64,000 bases of DNA, taken from assembly GCF_018350175.1 (NCBI RefSeq), contig NC_058368.1, forward strand, positions 229,278,001-229,342,000. Direction: 5' to 3'. The position numbers and the translations under genes were made by a program. Positions 1 through 12,479 of this stretch are shown piece after piece. This stretch comes from Felis catus. Its lineage: Eukaryota. The notes below the pieces were generated by a model, which saw nothing but the letters and a program-made list of their open reading frames with translations, did no database searches and was not told where the DNA came from. Position 1 is the stretch's first letter, and the number at the start of each line of letters is the position of its first letter.

Positions 1-374
1 GGACAGACAGGAGAGAAGAGAAGGACATAGAAGGTGGAGAAGGAATTTGGAGAAACAGAAGATAAATCAAACCCGGCCAACATTTCCATGTTAATGTTTT
101 TATCAACCACTTTTCCCTCAATCCCAGTCATCTTTGTTTTCATTTGTTATTGTTGGACTTCAGTTTGATGACCTTCTACTCTTCCTATGCTCCTGCTTCA
201 ATCCTTCCTTTCTAGTTTTGTCTTTTCATCTTTCTTTCTTCTCTCTCTTGTCCTATGTTCTTTCAAAGCATACTAAATAAAATTATACCAATTTATTTTG
301 ATATTTACATCTAATGTCATTATGTATTGTTATATAATTGATTATATATATTTTCTAGATAATTAATTAAATAT

Positions 375-490
375 ATACATATCTCCCTGATTATTGATTC
401 CTTAAATTAAGAATCCAATCTCTTTGTTAATTCAAGTTCAGCACAACGCTGGCTCTCCACTAGGTAATTTCCAAATACTTGTTGGCTTGG
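375..490 (+). mobile_element. L2 LINE 3' end fragment (degenerate)
   Basis: ...CAGCACAACGCTGGCTCTCCACTAGGTAATTTCCAAATACTTGTTGG resembles the L2 3' terminus (..CACAGTGCCTGGCACATAGTAGG..AATAAATATTTGTTGAATG). Confidence 0.4.
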
Positions 491-3370
491 CTTAGATTTT
501 TATTTGGTATTGGGTCATATGAGTCAGATTTTCATAAAATTTTTTATTGCTTCTTTATGACCATGTAGTTAGAAAATATGACAATTCTAGTCTTAGACTG
601 AGTTGGTATTCTACAAATCATCACTTAAGAATTTAAAGAAATAAAGCGTATTTATGGCATATTCAAAGAACAGATAGAAAATCTTCTTTATATCATAATT
701 TTAGAACAATGTAAATCTGACAGGTTTCTTAAAGTTCATAGAAGAGATACAAATTTCTTGGTAAGAAAAAAGTGTGATCATCAAATATACTTAAGTTTTT
801 TCTTTTCTGAAAGATGATTTTCATTTTACTAGCTTGTGTTTTATCAAGTATATGATAAGCTTTTTCGGAACAAAATATATCAAAATAAATAGAAAAGTAG
901 ATCTTAAAAGTAGATATTTTCCCTTCAAAGACAACCATCACAGTGAAAACATCTACTTTTAACAAAATGTAGCTCTATAAATTAGAAATGCAAATGTGAA
1001 GCATCTGTGGATACATGAATTTGAAAGAAATAATATTTTGATCATGCAAAAAATAACTAGAAAATATTTCATTTCCACAGTCATCAGTGTATAGTATTAT
1101 TTAAACCTTTGATAAAATTACTATGATCATTAAAATTATTTTAAATAATTCTTGGAAAAAATACTCTCTATATACAAAAGGAAGATGTTATTATAATTAT
1201 CATTATTGTTGCTTCCAAACAAGCTTGCCGTGATTACTTTGCACTTCTCTTTTGTCTCAGCAAGTAGAAGAAAATTTGATGGGTTTGTTCTTTCCATACG
1301 GAATGGACTGGACTAAAAAATATTTGGAAACTCGTATTTCTAGCCCTAAATTACTTTGTTTTGCAGAGACTACTGAAATTCTAGAGTCAAATCTCTCAAC
1401 AGGCACAGAATTTCAGTCTTCTGGAGGAATAAGTTCTTACATGTGCTAACAATAATAACAAAATCTTGAAAAGTCTCACCTTTCTTTAGAGTTGCTCTGA
1501 GGTATTTCATTATCAAAAAAAAAAGGGTATAGCACAGTCATGGACAGCAGCTTAACTATGAGATTTGTGATAGCATGGTTAGGATAAGGTTGAGGAATAC
1601 AGAAACATGAGAAATACACACACGCGCATGCACACGCACAGATACACAAACATACACATGTATGTGGAAAGGATATATAAGAAAAATAAATGAAGAGGTA
1701 GAAAACCTTTTAAACTCCTTAGACTGAAAATGAGGATTTAAATTTAATGCAATTAGGTGGCAAATAATTGTGTCTTAAGACTCCATTGTGTCTTAAAAGC
1801 AACCTAAGAAACTCTCTTATCACAGGAATCTTCTCTTCTTAAGGGAAAAACTTCATAACCCAAGGAAGTGAAATATAAATACCATATTTGTAACAGATCA
1901 AGCCAGTGTAGAAAGAGGTATAACAACCAGAAAATAACGGAGGCAGGAAGTTGAGGCCACTAAGGCAATGAAAATATCAGTTTCAAGGGAACTGTCAAAT
2001 TTTAACGATATATATATTCTATAGAACACAAAAATGCCCACAATAGCTATATATTAAGGAACAGACATGTCCCAACTATGATTCACATTAATAATGGTGT
2101 GACAAAAAAAAATACTTTCTTAACCAATTGCTTCTCTGATGTTTGCCTTGAAATTTTATACATTTCATCTGCTGTATTAATACTGAATTTAGTTAAAAGG
2201 AAAATTTTATGAACTTGATATGAAAGAATGAAGGGATATTTGGAATGCCAAAGAAGGAATATTATTCGCTTCAATTAATCATTAAAAGAAATTTATTTTG
2301 AAAGTGTGATATAAGTGATATCAATAAGCTTTAGCTGATATTTTCTTAGAGTTTTATTTCTGCATTATTACAGGTGACATGAACCAATCCGTAAATAATT
2401 TTTATAGTGGATGGATTACTCTAAATGTTAAGTGAAATTAGGCAAAATTGTTTTCTGTTATTCTTTTTCTCCTTTTATGTATACTGAACAAACAACATAG
2501 ATAAGAATTATATGAATAACTTGTACAAAATCAGTTCAAGGTTTTTAGAGACACAAAGAACAATTTATTGTGCATATATACTTATGCAAATATATGCATA
2601 TCTTGAAACATTTTTAATAAGTTATTTTCAAAGAGAATAATAAATCTGCTTTCACCTAATCTCAACATATTGAACATTAGAAAATCTCTGATTAAAAACA
2701 TAATAACCAACCTTAACTGGTTTTCGCTTTCTGGCAAGGAGATCTTTAGCAACCTATCAAATATAAACCTTAAAAAAAATCAGTTCTTTGTATTAATGCT
2801 TTCTACCTGTGCTGTCTTTCTTTAAATCCCCTCCAGTAAGGGATGCAAAATATAAAATACTTCATTCAGGTGCCTTGATCATAATGTCCTTCATTTTAAT
2901 GATGGCAATAAGATCTAATGTTAACACATTCAACAAAAGATATTTATTAAAAATTACACTCATGTTCACAAAAAAATAAATAAATGCCAGTATTTCTGTC
3001 AACACCACTATTCCACCTAATTGAAATCTATGAAGCACAGCAAAGAAAAGAATTGAAATCCTCCCCTTCATTAAGAAACCTGAAGGTAACCTTGGGGAAG
3101 GGTACTGACAAGGTATTTTTCATACATAAAAGTATGACTTGCTGTATATAAACAGCTTCGGAGTGTGGAAACTGAAGTTAGTCTAATAAAAAGTCATCGC
3201 CTCACTAAGTGAAGAAAAACATACCATGATGTGAAGAGTCACGTATTTTGTGGAAAAAATTATTAAACGTTTATAGGATCCCTGACAGTCTGAAAACATG
3301 TCCATATAGGGTAAATGGATATTAACAATAAAGCCAAATGTTAGACATTTTAGGGAAACGTGAGGCCCCT

Positions 3371-3734
3371 TGTGTTAGTCTGTTTGGGGTGCCATAATGA
3401 AATGCCATAGATTGGGTCGCTTTAGGAACAGAAATGTATTTTTTCATAATAAGGGGACTGAAGTCCAAGATTTAAATGCCAGTAGAGGTCTGTAACTCCT
3501 GAGACCTCTCTGGCCTGCACACTGTCATCTCCTATGTCCTTGAGCATCCCTGGTGTCTCTTGCTCCTGTTATAAGGTCACTAGTCATTTCAGATTTAGGC
3601 TTTACTCATATAACCTCATTAACTTGAATTACCGCTTTAGAGATCCCTTCCACAAACAGAGTCACATTCCAAGATAACTAGGAGTAAGGGCTTCCACATA
3701 GGGATTTTGGTAAAGACAATTTCAGTCCATGACA
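3371..3734 (-). mobile_element. MaLR solo LTR, MLT1A0-like
   Basis: Begins TGTGTTAGTCTGTTTGGGGTGCCATAA, contains AAGTCCAAGAT, CATCCCTGGTGTCTCT and GTCACATTC, ends TTCAGTCCATGACA; matches the reverse complement of MLT1A-type LTRs. Confidence 0.8.
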
Positions 3735-4399
3735 ACTCTTAATTTCTAGTAAAATTAAAGGATTTATTAAATTATCTACAAAATTTTTTATTTTTTTCTC
3801 CTTATGCCTTGCTATAAAAAGAAAGCTAAACTCCACCATATTATATTCCCTGATCTTTGCAATTCTCCCCCCGCCCAGAGAATCTCAAATTATTTTTATG
3901 TTGAAACATTTCAAACAATGCATGGGGCACAATTTTACAGCCCTGTTGCCACAGAAGTACATTTCAGTATCGCCCACTTTGCTCAACTGTGTCCTCTGGT
4001 CTCTATCAATCTCCCCCCATTCAGCGGGCTCCCTGCCAGGGGACATTTGAATACATGTGAACAAATCAATCACTAATACTTTAAACGCAGGCAATTAAAC
4101 TCTATTGACCAAAATCATATTCAGAGATCTGCTCCTGTACAACTTGTTTTTGCCGAATAAACAGTTCCTTGAATCTCAGTCCGGCTTGCTCACAGAGAGT
4201 TCATTTAGTGACAAGGGTCTTAAAGCAGCAGCAGCATGCGTTTGGTCCCTTTTCCATTCCTGGTGTGACCAGCAAATGGAGATCAAGCTGGGGAAAACCC
4301 CCGAGACCTATTAATAATTCTCTTTGCCAAATCTGAGTGGAAATCAAGCTGATTATTACTCTCTGCCAATTATTATCCTCAAGTCCTTAAAAATCATTT

Positions 4400-4592
4400 G
4401 GGGGGGGCTTCTGGGTGGATCAGTTGGTTAAGCATCCAATGCTTGGTTTGGGCTCAGGTCACGTTCTCAGGGTTTATGAGTCTGTGCTGACAGTGCAGAA
4501 CCTACATGGGATTCTCTCTCTCCCTCTCTTTATACCAACCCCCCCCCACACACACCCATGCTTGCTCTTTCTCTCTCAAAATAAATAAACTA
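4400..4592 (+). mobile_element. Felid Can-SINE, older subfamily (SINEC_Fc3-like), internally deleted
   Basis: GGGGCTTCTGGGTGGATCAGTTGGTTAAGC head, GCTGACAGTGCAGAACC..GGGATTCTCTCTC body, CT-rich segment, AAAATAAATAAAC tail. Confidence 0.9.
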
Positions 4593-6699
4593 AAATTTTA
4601 TTTTGACTGAGAATTACATAAACGTCTACATTATTTGTATAATGCATATTATTTATATAATGCTTATTGAGTTTAAAAATAATGGTAACGGGCAGCATTA
4701 TTACTGATAAATTGCTTTAAAAATAGAGAAGTCAAGTACATCTAACAAAGGAATGCCTCTTGACAGCTTGGTTTCTGCTTAAGTACATAGATTTGAAATA
4801 TTAAGTCAGCTGATACTGATGAATGTATCTGTGTGATTTGAGCTTTTATATGTTTTTGAGAACAGCAGAATATATTGGCTTCACTGATTATGTTTCAATT
4901 CACTGATGTAAAAAAAAATAAAGATTCCAAGTATTGCTTATCAACAATATTTTACAGCAATAGCAAGTGAGGAGGGTTAGAGGTGAAGAGAATGAACATA
5001 TTAGTTTCTGTGACTGAGAAAGATAATGGGAAAACATTTTCCCAGAAAAGGGCCACATTACTAGGGCCTAAGTAACCAATGACACACATTGCCATTGAAG
5101 TATTTTGAATTTTTTTAATTTGAATATACACAGAGTAATCACAAGGGTATATGCATATTTAAACTCTTGTTTCTTTAATAAGCTGAAAAATAGTTCACTG
5201 AAATCAATGCCTGTTTCTTGCAAAATATATGAGAAAAGTTATCTATGTGTGAAAATATTTCGAGTGCTAGAGTGCCCTAAGCAGACATTCAGGAAATAGC
5301 AGCATCCAATCACTACATAAAAGCAAAGCAACACCATGAATATGCCTATATGCTTGGTGATATAAACACCAACGGTTATAAAAAAGGAAACTGAATAGTA
5401 ATCCAAAGAAAAAATTACTTTGCCTGTGGGTCGGTTCTTCAAATGTAGGTTTAAGTTTAATTTTGAATTAATTATTTGAAATTTTAAATCTGTATTCAAC
5501 AGAAAACTGAAACTCTGAATTTCTTATTATGTAAATGTCCAAATATAATCTAATAGCAAACATCAGTTCTCAAAGACCTTTAGTTTCATCCAGTCTAGTC
5601 ATCCACACAGTGAAAAAAATGTTTTATTATATCCTTAGTAGTTGTTGATTAGTTCTGTCCTAATGGATTAACCTTTATCAGACCTAACTTAAAAACAGCT
5701 ACAAAGTATGCAGTGTCTAAAATATAAACTAGAATTTCAGGGTCTTGCAAGAGGTCTTAGCTTCCAATGAGTACAGATGGGATTTTTAAATATCATGCGT
5801 GTTAAAAACTAACAAAACATTTCATTTGGTTGAAATTGAACAAAAAGCCAGATTAAAAATTTGGTGTTCATCAGAAACTCCATGGTTGATAAAATAACTT
5901 GGAGTAAGGATCAGATTAAAGATATACCTTCCCACTTCATGCTCCATACTTACGAAATAGCCAACACTAAGATATAGGGGGAGAAAACGAAAAACAAAAC
6001 AAAGAAATAAGCAGATACATTTATCTAAAAATAAATTTTGATGTATTTACTGGCACATGGAGTTTACTAGAGACAAATAGGTAAGCAATCTATTATTCAT
6101 TTGATACAAATGTATTTACCTGTTGAAATCTCAAAAGTACTTTGCTCAAGAATCAAAACAAAAATGTACCCCAACCTTACTCAAGTGAGAACAGGGCTAA
6201 AAAATTTGTATATATTCACCAATTTCACAGAAATGTTGGCCAAAGAAAAAGGGGAAAAAGAGACCTCCCAGATTGAGGAGAGGACAAGACAAATTAGAAT
6301 TAGGGCCAACAGCCCTGAGGGTAGAAAGCCTTCCAATTCTCTGCCCTGTGAGATTTCAGAATTGCTTTGTGCAAGCAACTTCCTTGTTTTCTTAATTTCT
6401 TCTGTTCAAAGGAGAGAATTTCATTGGTTACCTGTCCCACTTAACAACAATAGTGTGTATGACTGGGTATATACCTAAGGGACACGTCTTGTCTTTTTAA
6501 TTCATAAGTATGAACACCAGGAGTTGTTATATTCAGATTTAATGGAAGGCTACATACAGTAAGTGACTCAGGGAATTTAGACCATGAGCTGGCACAGTGG
6601 ATTAGATGAAGCTTTAAGGTGTCTTCCTTGTAGAGGGCATGAGTATGTGCTCTTCCTGTGTGTAGGGGGAAAACGTGAGCCCAATAGATGAAGTTCACA

Positions 6700-7079
6700 A
6701 AATAGTTGGGATTGTTATTGCCTTCACAACATCCGGCTCTTCTCTCCATCATAGGCACATAGAAAAATCACATTTCTCAGCCCCCTTAATTTAGAAAATG
6801 CCACATGATTTCCTATGACTGTGTCTATTGACAATAGTATCCCATGTTACTTCCAGGCTGAAGTATTTAAAGTTCTATGCACATTCTTCCAGTTCTCTTT
6901 AACCTCTATGCCAAATCTTTAAAAGGCCATGACAGAATCAGCCTAATTCATCAACTGCAAGTGAAATTTGTACTCAGGGGAATATGTATATGTGGTAAGT
7001 TAACTTGTAGACATTAAGTAACTAAGTGTCTGGGTTTATTTGTTGTAACAGCATATCAAACCCTGACCTATCTAATGCA
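6700..7079 (+). mobile_element. Old MaLR LTR (MLT1I/J-like)
   Basis: CATTTCTCAGCCCCCTT..GCCACATGA, TTACTTCCAGGCTGAAGTATTTAA and 3' end TTAAGTAACTAAGTGTCTGGGTTTATTTGTTGTAACAGCA..CTAATGCA. Confidence 0.6.
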
Positions 7080-8229
7080 ACACTCTTTCTAAAATGTATT
7101 TTAACAAAGCAGGTCTCCTAAATCCTCATAAACATTTCATGAAAAATAGTTTGGGAACTATAGTTGACGTGACGTATGGAGAAGAGTTCATTAGATGTGG
7201 AAGAGCTTGATTTCTTAGATGCTACATGAAGAAGGATATGAATATTTGGTAAGTCTGTTTTCTTTTGTTTCTGAACTTTCAAACACCAGAGGAAATGATA
7301 GCTAATAGTTTCCAGGGTTGGAAAGAAATTCTAGCTAAATTCAATTTGAATGTCTAATACTAGAGCTGACTTTTCATTGACCTATAATCTCTCACCATCA
7401 TCTCCAGTGAATAGTTTGATATCCCAGGGGTAAATATGTACTTTCCCTTGAGAAGGCAAGTATCCCTTTAACAAAAGAGAGAAGATACTACTGATTCACT
7501 TTCTCTGAAGCCGGCCTCAGGTTCATATTCAATGGGACTCTCCCTTCTTTGTTCTTGAATTAGCTTTCCTACCTAGGTGAGAAGAAAACTACATGGACAA
7601 AGATTCCTTCTCCTGCACGGGAGACAGATGAATAATAAAGACTACTTTGAATGATATTAATTTAACCTCAACTTACCTAATAATGTCAGAGAATGTAGTC
7701 AAGCTGGTGCCTTCTTTTTCCTTATTTCAGGACTGTTTAAAGCCAAGAGCTATACTTACTGGGATATACACTTTTATAAGAATCACTCTCTGAGTACTTT
7801 ACCTCAATAGTCTCTTCCCTTGAATAAGTGGGTATTTCCTGCATGCTGGTCTCTTGAGAAAAACTGGGCTTACCAGAAATGATTAAATCTGTTCTCCTAT
7901 GACACGGGCTTCAACAACTGCAATATTAAATTCTTACAATTTAGCAGTCCAGGTGCTACCCTGGCTGACTCTGAAATCAAAGTATCGTACCTTTGTGCTT
8001 TTAAGTAAAATTCTGTTTTAGATGTTGACACACAGGAGCCAGCCTCTACTTTTCTGTTGAATAAATTTGTAAGATGTCAGTGTTCTACAATATAGTAGAT
8101 GTAAAGGATGGTCAAGGATTAAAATCACAGATATAGAATTTATACTAAGAATTCCGGGGCTAAGATAGTCATGGACATTATGTAAAATTAGCCATAACCC
8201 CATAAACATAATTTTTCTCACTTTGGGAG

Positions 8230-8620
8230 ATCAAGACTTATATGGATAATATCCAGATTTTTGTAGCATTATTTGTAATATTTAAAAATTCACCAAAAAA
8301 CTAAATGGATACATCAAATGTGTATTCACATAATTGAATTAATCTATAATTGAATTACATACAAACAAATCCATGGATATAGTAAACATAATGTTCAGCA
8401 AAACTGAACATGAAGGCTTCATTATACTGTGTTTTTCTTTATATAAAGCTGAAAAGGATACAAATCAATACTATGCATTGTTAATGTTTACATTTTAACG
8501 TAGAAAACATATAAGTGCACGAACTGTTAAGTACTCAATTCAGAAAACTGATTAAGACCAAGAGGGTCATGAGGGATACGAATTGGATTGTTGAGGAACA
8601 CACAGACAGCTCTAATTTTA
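8230..8620 (+). mobile_element. Old L1ME-type 3' region fragment
   Basis: GTAGCATTATTTGTAATA, AAATGGATA..TGTATTCACATAA, CATGGAT..AAACATAATGTT and TTTATATAAAG motifs of L1ME 3' ends. Confidence 0.5.
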
Positions 8621-10056
8621 TTTTTTAATATTTTTTATTTTGAGATAATCAAAATTCACACAGAGTTAAAATATGAATGCAGAGATCCCATATATCCTTC
8701 AACCAGTTTCCTCCAAAGGCAACTTCTGGTATGATATAGTCCACTATCCCAATCAGGACATTTACATTGATAGAGTCCATCCAACTTATTCAGACTTCAT
8801 GAGCTTGTTTACATGTGTGTGTATTTAGTTCTATTTAAATTTAAAACATACTTGAATTTGTGTGACTTCAGCAGCATTCAAGATTCAAAACAGTATCATC
8901 AGTCCAAGAATTCCCCATGTAGCCCTCTTATGATTAAATGGTCTTTCACCCCTCACCCCTTTATTAAGAATCTCTGGTGGCCACTAATATGTTACCCACT
9001 TCCGTGGACTTTTACATAAATGAATTAACAAAAGATGTGACATTTTGGATTTGGATTCATTTCCTTAACAGAATTTGCCAGAGTTCCATCCAAATCATTG
9101 AGTGTATCAGTTCTTTTATTTTCAGCAGTACTCCATGATGGTATGCACCACTTTGATTAATCATTCACCTGCTGTAAGACATCTGAATTGCCTTTTCACC
9201 TTCGCCAAAAATGAGATTGGCATATTTATGTGAGAAGTCTTTGTAAGATTTCTATTCCTTTCCTTTGATCTATAGTCTAAACCTTGGCCAGGACTACACT
9301 GTCCTAATAACTGTGTCATATAGTACGACACAATATTGGGTAGGCTAATTTGTCTTACTTTGTTAGCTATTTTAGGGCTTGTGCCTTTTCACATAAATTT
9401 TAGAATAAGCATGACTAGGTCCACAAAAAACTTGCTGGAATTTTTATAAGAATTGCATTAAAACTATGGATCAATTTGGGGAGTATTGGCAACTTTCCCA
9501 TAGTGAGTCTTCCTTTCTATAAACATCATAAACCATTCCATTTACATAGGTTTTCTTTGATTTATTTTATTAGTATATTATAATTTATAGCATCAATTTT
9601 AAGCATAATCATACCTAAGAATTTTTCATTTTCTTCGAAGCAAATGCAAGTTTAAGTTTTATTTTCCACAAGGTTATTGTTAGTATATAGAATGAGACTT
9701 ATTTTTGTTTGGTGATCTTGTATCGTATGACCTTATTGGACTCAATTATAGTTATAAGAGACAAATTCCTTGGCATTTCCAACGTAGACAGAAGTGTCAT
9801 CAGCTTTACTACTCCTTACCAATCTGTGTGTTTGTTTGTTCTTTTAATTTTATTTTCTTGCCATAGTCCACTAGTGAGGACTTCCAACACAATGTTAAGT
9901 AGGAATGGTGAGAGAACACATCATTGCCTTGTTCCTGATTATAGAAGAAAGTATCCCTTCTTTTCCCATATTAGCTGTAGGGTTTTTCGTTTGTTTTGTT
10001 TTTATGACCCAGGATATGGTCTATCATGGTAAATGGACCATGTGTGCAAAAAGGGA

Positions 10057-10058
<2 letters not shown>

Positions 10059-10102
<44 letters not shown>

Positions 10103-10284
10103 TATATATACATATATATGTATACACTATATATGTCACTAGAATCTAATAGACATGTATAGACCACTTCACCCCAAACTACAGCATATATACATACATA
10201 TATATATATATGTATACACACACACACATACATATGTATACGTGTGTGTGTGTACATACATATATGTATACATGTATATATGTA

Positions 10285-10333
<49 letters not shown>
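10059..10333. repeat. Compound (TA)n/(CA)n/(TG)n microsatellite containing an inverted copy of flanking DNA
   Basis: Directly visible; see finding at 10134-10385. Confidence 0.95.
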
Positions 10334-10335
<2 letters not shown>

Positions 10336-10825
10336 TGTAGTTTGGGGTGAAGTGGTCTATACATGTCTATTAGATTCTAGTGACAGATCCTTTAGCTGTG
10401 TTGGTCAGATCTTCTCTGTATTTGCTGATCTACTGTCCAATAGTTCACTCCTTTGCTAAGAGAGAGGTAGAGAAGTCCCTACTAATAAATGTATTCTCTA
10501 TTTCCACCTTCAGCTATATTTTTTTTCATTTAAGGTATTTTAAAATTTGTTTTGTGCATACAAATTTAAAATCTTTATATCATCTTGGAGGATGGAAATT
10601 TTTATTATTATATAGTTTTCTTCTTGGCCTTGTTATTTTCTTTGCTTCGCAGTCTACTTTATCTGACATTAATACAGCCATCCTGTTTTTTCTTAATGCT
10701 AGCATAAAATATCTTTTTTTGTCCTTTTACTTTTAGTCCACCATCCACACCATTGTGTTGGAAATGTGCTTACTATAGACAGTGTGATGTTGAGTCAGAT
10801 TTTTAATCATCCACTCTTATAATCT

Positions 10826-11045
10826 TTTTTTAAAATTTTTTAATGTTGATTTATTCTTCAGAGAGAGACAGAGACAGAGTGGGAGTGGGAGAAGGGCAAA
10901 GAGAGGGGGACAGAGAATCTCAAGCAGGCTCCAGGCTCTGAGCTGTCAGCACAGCCGTAAGCGGGGCTCAAACTCACAAACTGAACCAGGAAACCATGAC
11001 CTGAGCCGAAGTGGGCACTTACCTGACGAAGCCACCATGCACCTG
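10826..11045 (-). mobile_element. Felid Can-SINE (SINEC_Fc2-like) inside L1
   Basis: Antisense tail, GAGAGAGACAGAG, CAGGCTCCAGGCTCTGAGCTGTCAGCACAG; TSD TCTTATAATCT at 10815-10825 and 11048-11058. Confidence 0.92.
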
Positions 11046-12016
11046 CTTCTTATAATCTCTTTTAATTAGTATACTTATCATGTTTCATTTAATGTAATTA
11101 TTGATATATAACAGCTTAAGTCTTTCACTTTAGTATGTATTTTCCATTTGTTTACTGGTTTTTTTTTCTTCTTGTTTCTCTTTTGTCTTCCTAGAATTAC
11201 TTGAACATTTTTTCCCCATTTTGTTCTAATTATACTTCTTTTGAGTATATCATTTTGTATAGTTTAATTTGTGTTTACTGTAATATATTATAGCAAAGTC
11301 ATTCGTCACAGCCCATTGGTGTCAACATTTTACCACTACAAGAGAAGCATTGAGAACTTACTTACATATTTGGCTCCTTTAACTTCCACAATTTTTAAAC
11401 TATAATTATCTCAAGTATTTTCTATGCAGACTTTGATTATCACAACAGCTGTTTTATTTTTGCTTCACCCATCAAATACAATTTAAGAAATTCATGAAAA
11501 GTATAACCCAGTATATTTCCCTAAAATGTTATGCATTCTTTTGTTTTTTCCTTTATGAAATTCCAATTCTTCTGTTATTTTCTTTTTGTCTGGAAAATTT
11601 CCTCTAGGAAATATTTCTTTAGAAAAATAACAGAAAAATTCTCTTAATTTTCCTTCAGATGCTTTTTTTTTCGGCCATTAATTCCCAGAGAATATTTTGC
11701 TGAATATAGAATTGATGATTGATGATTGAAATGTTTTTTTCAGTACTTGAAAAATATTGTGCCCTTCCTCTTACCTTTATGGTTTCAGATGAGAGAAAAG
11801 CTGTCATTTGAATTACTGTCCCTTGGTAGATAATATCATGTCACTCTGGTTGCTTTTAAGATTTTTTTGTCTTCAGTCTTTAGAGGTCTAATTATGACGT
11901 ATCTTGGCATAGATTTCTTTGAGTTATCCTATTTGGAGTTTACATAGCTTCTAGAAGTTGTAGATTTAGTTGTTTAGCCAAAACTGTGAAGTTTTCCTCT
12001 ATTATTTCTTTAAATA

Positions 12017-12479
12017 CAGATAGTCTGTGGTTCGACTTGCATTTTTTTCACCTACAGTGGTGTGGAAGTGACAGGCATTCGGTAGAAACCATCCTTTGAA
12101 ATTTGAAGTTTGAGCTTTTTCCAGGCCAGTGATATGCACCACACTCCTCCCTCGAGATGCCTAGCAGGGCAGCCCCCAGCTGCTAACAGCCGATACACTT
12201 ACACCAACCATTCTGTACTCACACAAACATTATGTTTTCCACTTTCAGTACAGTATAAAATAAATTACATGAAATAATTAACTCTTCATTACAAACAGGC
12301 TTTGTGTTAGATGATTTTGCCCAACTGTCGGCTCATGTAAATGTCCCGAGCACGCTTAAGGTAGCCTAGGCTAAGCTCTGACCTTCCATAGGTTAAGTGC
12401 ATTAAAGGCATTTTTGGCTTACGATATTTTCACTTACGATGGGTTTATCTGTACGGTATTGTAAGTTGAAGAAGATCTG
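12017..12479 (-). mobile_element. MER47/Tigger5-family non-autonomous Tc1/mariner DNA transposon
   Basis: Termini CAGAT...ATCTG flanked by TA (12015-16, 12480-81); internal AGATGATTTTGCCCAACTG, AAGGTAGCCTAGGCTAAGCT and CTTACGATGGGTTTATC match MER47. Confidence 0.88.

Noticed and set aside
1252..1449. 65-aa ORF preceded by a polypyrimidine tract and CAG
   Set aside because: No recognisable protein similarity, no convincing donor site and no partner exons.
9905..10459. YI/YT-rich ORFs, including two starting [11 protein letters not shown] on opposite strands
   Set aside because: Translations of the microsatellite and the inverted duplication, not genes.
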